Shown here: positions 10,178 to 18,841 of the stretch, in pieces
Layout of the letters: the number at the start of each line of letters is the position of its first letter
Position numbering within the stretch: the first letter of the stretch is position 1
Assembly (NCBI GenBank): GCA_040755995.1
Contig: JBFMAF010000052.1
Coordinates: 51,202-115,201 of the forward strand
Length of the DNA stretch: 64,000 nucleotides
Direction: 5' to 3'
Origin: Acidobacteriota bacterium
GTDB lineage: Bacteria > Acidobacteriota > CAIWXX01
The notes under the pieces: model-generated
Database searches by the model: none
The model's input: only the letters and a program-made list of their open reading frames with translations
Told to the model about the DNA's origin: nothing
Translations under genes and position numbers: made by a program

Positions 10178-11182
10178 ATGATCAACAGAGTTCTCGTGGC
10201 ATTTGTTCTGCTTGGCTTGCTCGTCCCGGGGTCGTACGCCGCCGACCTGGCGGGCTCGCGCGACCACCCGTTGCTCAAGCGATTCGGCGGGTCCGAGATC
10301 GTCGCCTACGATCAGAAGCGGTTCGACGTATACGAATTGCAGACCTCGACCTTCAAGAGCTACAGCCTCTCGACCAATACTCGCGAGTTCGCCAGCCCGC
10401 CGCTGAAGCTCGAAGGAACGGTCACGCGCATCTGGTACGAGGCGGCCGGCGACGCCAGCGCGGTTGAGGTGATACGTAACTATCAGAACGAAATGAAATC
10501 CGCTGGATTTGAAGTCCTCTACGATTCCAGCGCCGACCGGTCAGCGACGCGCTGGGTCAACTTCCTCGCGCCATTCTCGCAAACGAAGATCAACAGCAGC
10601 CGCGGGTACTACATCTTCTACGCAGCTGACAAGGATGGAATCCGCACTCTCAGTGCCGTGTTGAAGCGGGCCGAAGGAGATGTGTACGTCTACCTCACGG
10701 CCGTGGACTGGGCCAAGGATGACGCCGTGTACAAGGCGAAGCGCGGGGCCTACGTGGCCGTTGACATCATCGAGGTCAAGCCCATGGTGCAGAACATGAT
10801 ACTGGTCAGCGCCGACGGAATGTCGAGCGCGATCAAGGGCAGCGGCCGCGTCGCGCTGTACGGAATCCTCTTCGACTTCAACCGGGCCGAGATCAAGCCA
10901 GAATCCAAACCGACCCTGGAGCAGATCGCGAAATTGATGCAGCAGGATGCCAAGTTGAAATTGTGGGTGGTCGGTCACACTGACAACGTCGGCGATTTGA
11001 GCTCGAACATGGATCTCTCGCGGCGCCGCGCCGAGGCGGTGGTGGCCGCTTTGACCCGCGACTACGGCGTGGCAGCATCCCGCCTGAGCGCGCAGGGGGT
11101 GGCTTTTCTGGCTCCGGTGGCGGTAAACACCACCGACGAGGGCCGGGCGAAGAATCGGCGCGTCGAGCTCGTGCCCTGGTGA
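10178..11182 (+). CDS. OmpA-family protein with an N-terminal DUF4892-like domain
   Basis: Signal peptide; GSRDHPLLKRF; ILFDFNRAEI, VVGHTD, LSRRRAEAV, GRAKNRRVEL. Confidence 0.9.
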   Translation: MINRVLVAFVLLGLLVPGSYAADLAGSRDHPLLKRFGGSEIVAYDQKRFDVYELQTSTFKSYSLSTNTREFASPPLKLEGTVTRIWYEAAGDASAVEVIRNYQNEMKSAGFEVLYDSSADRSATRWVNFLAPFSQTKINSSRGYYIFYAADKDGIRTLSAVLKRAEGDVYVYLTAVDWAKDDAVYKAKRGAYVAVDIIEVKPMVQNMILVSADGMSSAIKGSGRVALYGILFDFNRAEIKPESKPTLEQIAKLMQQDAKLKLWVVGHTDNVGDLSSNMDLSRRRAEAVVAALTRDYGVAASRLSAQGVAFLAPVAVNTTDEGRAKNRRVELVPW

Positions 11183-11378
11183 GCCGGGGATCAATAGAAG
11201 CCTCATCCGCAGTCCCACTGGCCTGCCGCGTTAGGGAGGCCCGCGTCTCGGACGCCGTTTTGAAATCTGCGCGCCGATGTGTATGATCGGCTGGTGCGCG
11301 ATCGGACCCGGGCGTCGGGTAGGCTCCGGCATCAACGTAGTGGGGAGACGGCTGGGCTACAGAGTAACTGAACAAAGA

Positions 11379-11407
11379 TGAAGGAACCGCTTTACGGTTG
11401 TGTCTAA
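11379..11407 (+). promoter_or_regulatory. Possible ECF autoregulatory promoter
   Basis: TGAAGG(AACC)...GTCTAA directly before the sigma start; spacing is ambiguous. Confidence 0.3.
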
Positions 11408-11973
11408 TGGTGCGTGAACAGGACGATGCCGCTGTGGTACAAGGATGCCTCTCGGGTGACCGATCGTGCCAGGAGAAGCTGGTGCGGGAGAATCTCGTGA
11501 CGGTTATGAGCGTTGCCCTTGGATTCACTCGCGACCGGACCTCGGCCGAGGACCTGGCTCAGGAGGTCTTCGCGAGGGTTTTTGGGAATCTGAAGGGATT
11601 CCGCGGCGGATCATCGCTGCGGACGTGGATCTATTCGATCGCCGTTACCCAGGGGCTAAACGCCGTGCGCAAGCGCAGGCCGGATACCCTGAAGATCGAT
11701 GAGGCCCGAGCCGTGCAAGGGGCGGAGACATCGCCTGAGCAGCGAGCACTCCAGGCAGAGCTCCATGCCGCCGTTCATCAGGCCGTCGAGAGTCTGCCCG
11801 AGAACCTGAGATCGGTGGTGGTGCTGTGTTCATTCGAGAACCGCCCAGCCGAGGAGGTGGCAGGGCTGCTGTCGATTCCGCCTGGAACGGTCTTTTCGAG
11901 GATGAGCAAGGCGAAGGAGATCCTGCGCCGGAAGCTGGCGCGATTCATGGAGCCGCAGGGAGCCGGGCGATGA
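11407..11973 (+). CDS. ECF sigma-70 factor
   Basis: AEDLAQEVF, FRGGSSLRTWIYSIA, LPENLR...EVAGLLSIPPGTVFSR (regions 2 and 4). Confidence 0.93.
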   Translation: MVREQDDAAVVQGCLSGDRSCQEKLVRENLVTVMSVALGFTRDRTSAEDLAQEVFARVFGNLKGFRGGSSLRTWIYSIAVTQGLNAVRKRRPDTLKIDEARAVQGAETSPEQRALQAELHAAVHQAVESLPENLRSVVVLCSFENRPAEEVAGLLSIPPGTVFSRMSKAKEILRRKLARFMEPQGAGR

Positions 11974-13418
11974 CAAAGTGTGATTCGGAGCTATTATCGA
12001 GCCTGGCCGGCCGGCTTGCGCCTGCCGACGGGGGCGATGCCAGGGCGCTTTCCGAGCGAGCCAAGGCCGATCCAGGCGCGTTCGGTTATCTGCCCGGGGC
12101 CGAACGCGTGTTCCTTGCGGAGCACGTCGGCGGTTGCGAGAGATGCCGCGGGCTCCTGGATGAGCAGCTCTCGGTCGGAGTCCTTCTGCGGAAGGCCTCC
12201 TTTCACCTGCCGGCTGATGTTGATGAAAAGGCTCTGCGGATGCTGGAGGAACGTATCGTGCAGCGGGAGGCGGAGCGATTCGCCGGGGCTGCGCGGGTCT
12301 CCCGGCCGCGGATTATTGAGATTCTCGACTTGGCAAAGGAGTTCATCATGTCGATCGATCCAACCAAGGGATTGAAGTACAAGTACGGCCTCGGCGGTAT
12401 TGCCATTGGAGCTGTCTTGGCATTCGTCGTGTACTTCGCTGCTCTTTATCCGTGGCCGGGCATGCAGGAGGCCGCCGGGACGATGGGGGGTGTTGAAAAA
12501 GCCGACCGGTATCGGTCTGAGCAGATGTCGGAGAGCACCATCGGGACCGAGGTTCCCACCAGCGCGGAGTACAGGGAGCAGATGCAGAAGATCCTGCAAC
12601 GGATCGATACTGCCAAACTCATGAAGGCGGCTGCGGTCGACCAGGTCGTGCAGGCCGTCAACGCTACAGGCTTCTTCAGGGGTCCCATGCAGAGCCTGAT
12701 ACAGAACGCGGTCGCCGATGCCTGCCAGTCGACAGGAATCGTGGTCTGCAACAACGCGGCTCTCATGCAGGGGATTGAGCAGTCCGCGCTGGCCGGGATT
12801 CAGAACGCAGTCGGCTACCAGGTGCAGGCTGCCATGCAGAATGCGTTCCTGATGTCCTGCCAGACCGCCTTGGAGAACGTCCTGAAGTCGAATGTGGCGA
12901 TGCAGGGGGCCATCTCCGACCCGAAGGCCCAGGCGTTCTTTGCTCAGTCGCTCGAGTCGGGGTTTGTGGGAGTGCTGGCGCAGCCAGCGGTGCAGAAACT
13001 GCTCATGGATCAGGCCGCGGGCGTGGTGGGCGCTACCTTCAATGACCAGGCCCTCATGACGGGAATGAGCACGCAGGTGGAAAACGCGTGCGGGTTGTTC
13101 ATGCAGCAGAACAAGGACGGGTTGGGCGTGGGTGCCACGGCCCTTTCCCCACAGCTGCAAGCCGCCGTCGCGCAAAACGTCCAGAGTGCCGTGGGGGCCG
13201 TTTGGCAGACCGGGGCCGTGGGTGCCGTCGGCGCCGTGGGCGCGGTGGGCGCCGTGGGCTCCTCGCAGGCCAGCGCTCTGGCCAACATGCAGGGCTTCCT
13301 CATGAGCAACGTGGCCGGCGCGGTCGGGGCAAGCCAGGCCTATGGGGCCATGGCGAACAGCCTCTTGGCCAGCTCTAACTCCTTCCTGCAGAGCTCGGGC
13401 ATCGTCGTCCCGCGATAG
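11970..13418 (+). CDS. Zinc-binding anti-sigma domain fused to a membrane-anchored Q/A/G-rich GAV-repeat protein; internal start at 12348
   Basis: ATGA overlap with sigma; HVGGCERC (HxxxCxxC); one TM helix; (GAV)5; internal AAGGAG-ATG. Confidence 0.8.
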   Translation: MTKCDSELLSSLAGRLAPADGGDARALSERAKADPGAFGYLPGAERVFLAEHVGGCERCRGLLDEQLSVGVLLRKASFHLPADVDEKALRMLEERIVQREAERFAGAARVSRPRIIEILDLAKEFIMSIDPTKGLKYKYGLGGIAIGAVLAFVVYFAALYPWPGMQEAAGTMGGVEKADRYRSEQMSESTIGTEVPTSAEYREQMQKILQRIDTAKLMKAAAVDQVVQAVNATGFFRGPMQSLIQNAVADACQSTGIVVCNNAALMQGIEQSALAGIQNAVGYQVQAAMQNAFLMSCQTALENVLKSNVAMQGAISDPKAQAFFAQSLESGFVGVLAQPAVQKLLMDQAAGVVGATFNDQALMTGMSTQVENACGLFMQQNKDGLGVGATALSPQLQAAVAQNVQSAVGAVWQTGAVGAVGAVGAVGAVGSSQASALANMQGFLMSNVAGAVGASQAYGAMANSLLASSNSFLQSSGIVVPR

Positions 13419-13449
13419 GGGCACGAGGGCGGAGGCAGGTGGCGTGGGC

Positions 13450-13611
13450 ATGACAGAGGGCGCTGTGAGTGCTCAGATGTACCAGCTCAACGCGAAGATC
13501 GATCTCGCGTTGGCCCCTGGGAGCTGGGGTCGGCTGGCTATGGAAGCCCCATTTCCCCTTGTCCCGGCCGCGGATTTGGTGAGAGTCTTCATTGAACAAA
13601 GGAGTTCATAA
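13450..13611 (+). CDS. Possible 53-aa linker ORF or remnant
   Basis: ATG 13450; its TAA overlaps the next ATG (TAATG); the last ~50 bp resemble 12300-12347. Confidence 0.25.
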   Translation: MTEGAVSAQMYQLNAKIDLALAPGSWGRLAMEAPFPLVPAADLVRVFIEQRSS

Positions 13612-14708
13612 TGTCGTTAGATCCAACCAGAGGGATTAAACTCAAGTACATGATCGGCGGTTTTGCCATCGGAGCCGTCGTGGCATTCGCCGTGTACTAT
13701 GCCGCTCTCTATCCCTGGCCGAGAGCCCAGGAGGCCGCCGGGACAATGGGGGGCGTTCAAAAAGCCGACCGGTACCGATCCGAGCAGATGTCCGAGAGCA
13801 CCATCGCGACCGAGGTTCCCACCAGTGCGCAGTACAGGGAACAGATGCAGAGGATCCTGCAACGGATCGATACTGCGAAACTCATGAAGGCGGCTGCGGT
13901 TGACCAGTCCGTGCAGGCCATCAACGCTTCGGGATTCTTGAACACTCCGGGCATGCAGAGCATGATACAGAACGCGGTCGCCGCGTCGTGCCAGGCGTCC
14001 GGAGTGGTGATCTGCAACAATCCGGGCTTCATCAGTGGGATGGAGCAATCCGTGCAGGCCGGGATACAGAACGCAGTCGGCTATCAGGTGCAGGCCGCGT
14101 TGCAGAATGCATTCCTGATGACGTGCCAGTCGACCCTGGACAACGTTCTGAAGTCGAACGTGGCCATGCAGGGAGCTATCTCCGATCCGAAAGCGCAGGC
14201 TTTCTTCGCTCAGTCCCTGGAATCGGGGCTGGTCGGGGTGCTGGGGCAAGCTGCGATGCAGAAATTGCTCATGGAACAGGCTGTCGGCGTCGTGGGCGCC
14301 ACCTTCAATGACAAGGCCCTCATGACGGGAATGGGCCAGCAGGTGGCGAACGCGTGCGGTGTCTTCATGCAGCAGAATAAGGACGGGTTGGGGGTGGGTG
14401 CCGCGGCACTTTCCCCGCAGCTACAGGCCGCCGTCGCACAAAATGTCCAGAGCGCCGTCGGAGTAGTGTGGCGGGGCGGAGCCGTGGGTGCCGCCGGCGC
14501 GGTGGGCGCCGTAGGGGCCGTGGGTGCAACGGGAGCCGTGGGCGCCCTTGGCGATGTGCAGGCCACCGCTCTGGCCAATATGCAGGGCATCCTCATGAGC
14601 AATGCGGTCGGAGCTCTCGCGGGAAGCCAGGCCTATGGCGCCATGGCCAACGGCGTTCTGGCCAGTGCGAACTCCTTTCTCCAGAGCTCGGGCATCGTCA
14701 TCCGATAG
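13611..14708 (+). CDS. Paralog of the GAV-repeat membrane protein without the anti-sigma domain
   Basis: AAGGAG RBS; colinear with 12348-13418 (YPWP, AAGTMGGV.KADRYRSEQMSE, four Cys, longer GAV run). Confidence 0.88.
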   Translation: MSLDPTRGIKLKYMIGGFAIGAVVAFAVYYAALYPWPRAQEAAGTMGGVQKADRYRSEQMSESTIATEVPTSAQYREQMQRILQRIDTAKLMKAAAVDQSVQAINASGFLNTPGMQSMIQNAVAASCQASGVVICNNPGFISGMEQSVQAGIQNAVGYQVQAALQNAFLMTCQSTLDNVLKSNVAMQGAISDPKAQAFFAQSLESGLVGVLGQAAMQKLLMEQAVGVVGATFNDKALMTGMGQQVANACGVFMQQNKDGLGVGAAALSPQLQAAVAQNVQSAVGVVWRGGAVGAAGAVGAVGAVGATGAVGALGDVQATALANMQGILMSNAVGALAGSQAYGAMANGVLASANSFLQSSGIVIR

Positions 14709-14841
14709 TGGCAGCATGAGGGGTGAGGCAGGCGGCGGAGGGTTGGCGGGACGGCCGGTCGGGTCAGGGATCCGGCGATTGCGACCCCGGAGTAGCCGGT
14801 TCCGATGGGGCTCGGCCCGAGGCGGCGACATCCCGCCGGCG

Positions 14842-17769
14842 ATGGGCGCGCCGGCTCTGCTCCTTGCGGGACTCCTCCTGCTTCCCGCTGCACCGCTATC
14901 AGCCCAGTTCAACAGCATCGAAACGAAGAACCAGCAGCTGATCACGTACGGACCGATGCTCTCGTACCTGGCTCCGCATCTCGCTCGCTGTTTCGAGAAC
15001 TCGCTCCGGACGCACGAGGCCATATGGGACTACGTCCCCACCGAGAAGACGCAGATGATCTTTCACGATCTGGCCGACTCGTGCAACGCTGCCGCCACGT
15101 CGGTTCCTCACAACATGCTGGTCGTCAACGCGGCTCCGTTCAGCTACGTCTACGAGACGTTGCCGGGAAACGAACGGCTGAACTGCCTCATGAATCATGA
15201 GCTCACGCACGTCCTGACCATCGACAAGGCGTCGGCCACGGACCGCTTTTTTCGAAACGTGTTCTTCGGCAAGGTGTCACCGGTGCCGGAAGCGCCCCTG
15301 TCGATCCTGTACGGCGGACTGACGAGTCCGCGTCTCTATTCGCCGCGCTGGTTCATGGAAGGGATCGCTGTGTTCATGGAGACCTGGATGGCGGGCGGGA
15401 TCGGCCGCGCGCTGGGAGCCTATGACGAAATGGCCTTCCGGACCCTGGTCCATGACGACGCCGAGATGTTCGATCGCGTCGGCCTCGAGTCTTACGCGGT
15501 AAAGATGGATTTCCAGGTCGGTGCCATGTCGTATCTTTACGGCACGCGCTTCTTCAACTACCTTGCCCTGCAGTATGGTCCCGAAAGCCTGATCCGCTGG
15601 GTCTCGCGGACCGATGACAGCAAGAGCTACTTCTCGTCGCAGTTCCAGCAGATCTTCGGCAAGCCGCTCGACCAGGCCTGGAACGAGTGGCGCGCGTTCG
15701 AGCGTGAGTTCCAGCAGAAGAATCTGCAGTCGCTGCGCGCCTACCCGACGACCCAGTCCCGCGAGATAACGAGCGAGGCCGTCGGGTCGTTGTCGCGGCC
15801 CTACTATGACCCGTCCAGAGGGAAACTTTACATGGCGGTTGCTTACCCCGGACAGGTGGCACACGTCGCCTCGGTCGACGTTGCCACCGGCGCCGTTGAG
15901 CGCCTGTGCGACGTGAAGGGACCTGCCAATTATTTCGTGAGCTCAGTGGCATATGACCCGTCGACTGGGACTCTCTTCTACACAACCGACAACAAGGACT
16001 GGCGCGATATCCGGGCCGTGGATGTCCGCACCGGCCGCTCGCGTCAGGTCATGAAGGATGCCCGCATCGGCGACATCGCGTTCAATGGCGCGGATCGGTC
16101 GCTGTGGGGTGTCCAGCGCGCCAACGGCATTTCGTCGCTTGCGCGAATCCCCGAACCCTACACGAACTGGGTCGCAATCTTCACGTGGCCCTACGGCAAG
16201 GACATCTACGATCTGGACATCTCTCCGGACGGCAAGAGAATCTCGGCCGCACTGACCGAGCCGACCGGACGGCAAAGCCTCATCCTGATGGACGTGGACA
16301 AGTTGCTGAAAGGAGAGCAAAGTTACGAGACGCTGTACGATTTCGAGTACAGCTCGCCGGAGAATTTTGTCTTCACGCCGGACGGCAAGTACCTCGTGGG
16401 GACCTCGTTCTACAGCGGAGTATCCAATGTCTACAGGTACGATCTGGAGCTTCGCGACATACAGATCATGAGCAACTGCGAGACCGGATTCTTCCGCCCG
16501 ATGCCATACAACGATCGCGAGATTCTCGTCTACGAATACACGGCCCGAGGCTTCGTGCCCGCCGTCATTCCGTTCCAACCGGTCGCCAACGTAAATGCCA
16601 TACGGTTTCTCGGGCAGGAGGTCGTCGAGAAGCACCCGATTGTCAAGAGCTGGAAGGCCGGCTCCCCGGCCTCGATCGATCTTGACACGCCGGACGTCCG
16701 GCGGGGCCGCTACCACGACCTCACGTCCATGCGCTTGACATCCATCTACCCGGTCGTCGAAGGATACAAAGACTTCCCTGTATACGGGTTGAAGGCGTCC
16801 CTGAGCAGTCCGTTCAGCACGGTGGATTTCACCGCCGGATACTCACCTAACACGAACCTTCCCGGGGCCGAACGGACCCATCTCAAACTCTCCATCCGCC
16901 GGACGTTCTGGAAGCTATCGGGAACATACAACACGTCGGATTTCTACGATCTTTTCGGCCCGACCAAGGCCAGCCGCAAGGGGTATTCGTATTCGCTTGA
17001 ACACTTCCGAACTCTTGTATTCGACGAACCGAACCGCTACGTGGACTACAGCATCCGGGCCGCGGCCTACGGCGACATGGATAGGCTTCCAGACTACCAA
17101 AACATCTCGACTGACATCCGCCAGATGTTCACGCTGCGAGGCAAGTTCAACTATCAATACTTGACGAAGTCGCAGGGCGCCATCGATGACGAAAAAGGCC
17201 ACCAATGGCAGATCATCGCCGACGCTTCATACGTCAAGCCGAAGGTCTACCCGCGGGTTTATGCTAATCTCGACTACGGATTTCCATTGCGCCTGCACCG
17301 GTCGTCGGTGTGGCTGCGGAGCTCCGCCGGCGTCGCGGCCGGCAACCGCGAGTCCCCATTCGCGAACTTCTACTTCGGCGGGTTCGGCAACAACTGGGTC
17401 GACCATCTCACAGAAACGCGCTATCGCGAATCATACTCGTTCCCGGGGGTGGACCTGAACGAAATCGGCGGCACGAACTACGGCAAGCTGCTTGTGGAGT
17501 GGAATGTCCCGCCGGTGATCTTCCACCGCCTGGGGTGGCCGTCGTGCTACCTCAACTACATCCGTCCGGCGGTATTCGGGACGGTGCTGGGCACGAATCT
17601 CGATGACTCCGCGGTTCGCCGGACTCTGTTCGACGCCGGAGTACAGCTGGACTTCCGGTTCATCGTGCTCTCACGCTTGAACATGACGCTCTCCGTCGGC
17701 GCCGCCGCGGCCGTGGAGAAAGATCATGCTCCGTCCAGCGAGTTCATGGCCTCGCTGAAGATTCTCTGA
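14842..17769 (+). CDS. Large exported protein: gluzincin-like HExxH domain, TolB/WD40-like propeller and probable outer-membrane beta-barrel (start may be 14716)
   Basis: Signal PLSA/QF; LMNHELTH...PRWFMEGIAV; ISPDGK and FTPDGK propeller repeats; aromatic-rich alternating C-terminal strands. Confidence 0.8.
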   Translation: MGAPALLLAGLLLLPAAPLSAQFNSIETKNQQLITYGPMLSYLAPHLARCFENSLRTHEAIWDYVPTEKTQMIFHDLADSCNAAATSVPHNMLVVNAAPFSYVYETLPGNERLNCLMNHELTHVLTIDKASATDRFFRNVFFGKVSPVPEAPLSILYGGLTSPRLYSPRWFMEGIAVFMETWMAGGIGRALGAYDEMAFRTLVHDDAEMFDRVGLESYAVKMDFQVGAMSYLYGTRFFNYLALQYGPESLIRWVSRTDDSKSYFSSQFQQIFGKPLDQAWNEWRAFEREFQQKNLQSLRAYPTTQSREITSEAVGSLSRPYYDPSRGKLYMAVAYPGQVAHVASVDVATGAVERLCDVKGPANYFVSSVAYDPSTGTLFYTTDNKDWRDIRAVDVRTGRSRQVMKDARIGDIAFNGADRSLWGVQRANGISSLARIPEPYTNWVAIFTWPYGKDIYDLDISPDGKRISAALTEPTGRQSLILMDVDKLLKGEQSYETLYDFEYSSPENFVFTPDGKYLVGTSFYSGVSNVYRYDLELRDIQIMSNCETGFFRPMPYNDREILVYEYTARGFVPAVIPFQPVANVNAIRFLGQEVVEKHPIVKSWKAGSPASIDLDTPDVRRGRYHDLTSMRLTSIYPVVEGYKDFPVYGLKASLSSPFSTVDFTAGYSPNTNLPGAERTHLKLSIRRTFWKLSGTYNTSDFYDLFGPTKASRKGYSYSLEHFRTLVFDEPNRYVDYSIRAAAYGDMDRLPDYQNISTDIRQMFTLRGKFNYQYLTKSQGAIDDEKGHQWQIIADASYVKPKVYPRVYANLDYGFPLRLHRSSVWLRSSAGVAAGNRESPFANFYFGGFGNNWVDHLTETRYRESYSFPGVDLNEIGGTNYGKLLVEWNVPPVIFHRLGWPSCYLNYIRPAVFGTVLGTNLDDSAVRRTLFDAGVQLDFRFIVLSRLNMTLSVGAAAAVEKDHAPSSEFMASLKIL

Positions 17770-17818
17770 TGGACGGTCTCGCGGCCTGTCCAGATTGTCC
17801 TCTTGCCTTCCGGCGGTG

Positions 17819-18826
17819 ATGCTCGCGCTCGAGATCGTCATCGCGCTCGCTCCGGTCTTCGTCTTTCTCGCAGCGCTCATCCTGTGCGACAGCTTCAAGC
17901 TGGCCGGGTGGCGGATGGTCTTGACGGCCATCCTGGCTGGCTTCGCCGCGGCGGCGGTGAGCTACGAAGTGACGGCATGGGTGATCGACGGACACATCGT
18001 CAAGACCGCCCATCACACAAGGTTCAGCGCCCCCGTAGTCGAAGAGCTGCTCAAGGCGCTGTTTCTCCTCTATCTCATCCGAGCGAGCCGGATCGGGTTT
18101 CTTGTCGACTCCGCCATCTACGGTTTCGCGATCGGCGCCGGATTCGCATCCGTCGAAAATCTCTATTACCTGTACGCAGTCGAGCGCGGCAGCCTGGTGA
18201 TCTGGGTGATAAGAGGATTCGGGACGGCCATCATGCACGGGGGAACTACGGCGATTTTCGGCATCCTCTCGAAGGGACTGGTGGATCGGCACGATTCACA
18301 CAAGCTGGTTCTGTTCGTACCGGGTCTCCTCGTCGCTGCGGGCATCCACTCTGTATACAATCATTTCATACTGCCTCCGGCTCTCGGGACCGTCGTGCTC
18401 GTGATCACCCTGCCGCTGCTGCTGGTGTTCATCTTCGAGCGGAGCGAAGCGGCGCTCAGGAGCTGGCTGGAGCTCGACCTGGATGCCGACATGGCCATTC
18501 TCGACTATATCCGCAGCGGGCGTGTGCTCCAGAGCCGCATGGGCCGCTACCTCCGGTCGCTCAAGGGGCGTTTCCCGGGGGAGGTGCTGGCCGACATGCT
18601 TTGCTACGTTCGGCTGCACGTGGAGCTGGCCATCAGAGCGAAGGGGATCCTCATGATGCGCGAGGCCGGCTTCAAGCCAGACTTGGCGTCCGACATCCTG
18701 GAAAAATTCGAGGAGCTGGCGTACCTTGCCAGGACGATCGGCAAGACCGGCAGGCTCGCCGTCTCACCGCTCCTGCGCACCCGCAGCCGCGATCTCTGGC
18801 AGCTCAAGATGCTCCTCGACCTCTGA
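17819..18826 (+). CDS. prsW: PrsW-family glutamic intramembrane protease with C-terminal extension
   Basis: APVVEELLK, GFASVENLYY, IMHG and IHSVYN motifs; multiple TM helices. Confidence 0.88.
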   Translation: MLALEIVIALAPVFVFLAALILCDSFKLAGWRMVLTAILAGFAAAAVSYEVTAWVIDGHIVKTAHHTRFSAPVVEELLKALFLLYLIRASRIGFLVDSAIYGFAIGAGFASVENLYYLYAVERGSLVIWVIRGFGTAIMHGGTTAIFGILSKGLVDRHDSHKLVLFVPGLLVAAGIHSVYNHFILPPALGTVVLVITLPLLLVFIFERSEAALRSWLELDLDADMAILDYIRSGRVLQSRMGRYLRSLKGRFPGEVLADMLCYVRLHVELAIRAKGILMMREAGFKPDLASDILEKFEELAYLARTIGKTGRLAVSPLLRTRSRDLWQLKMLLDL

Positions 18827-18841
18827 TTCCTTGCCTCGATC

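Noticed and set aside
13190..14550. 9 bp GGNGCCGTG-type tandem repeats as a CRISPR array or VNTR
   Set aside because: They are in-frame, degenerate at third positions and encode the GAV tracts; no spacers and no cas genes.
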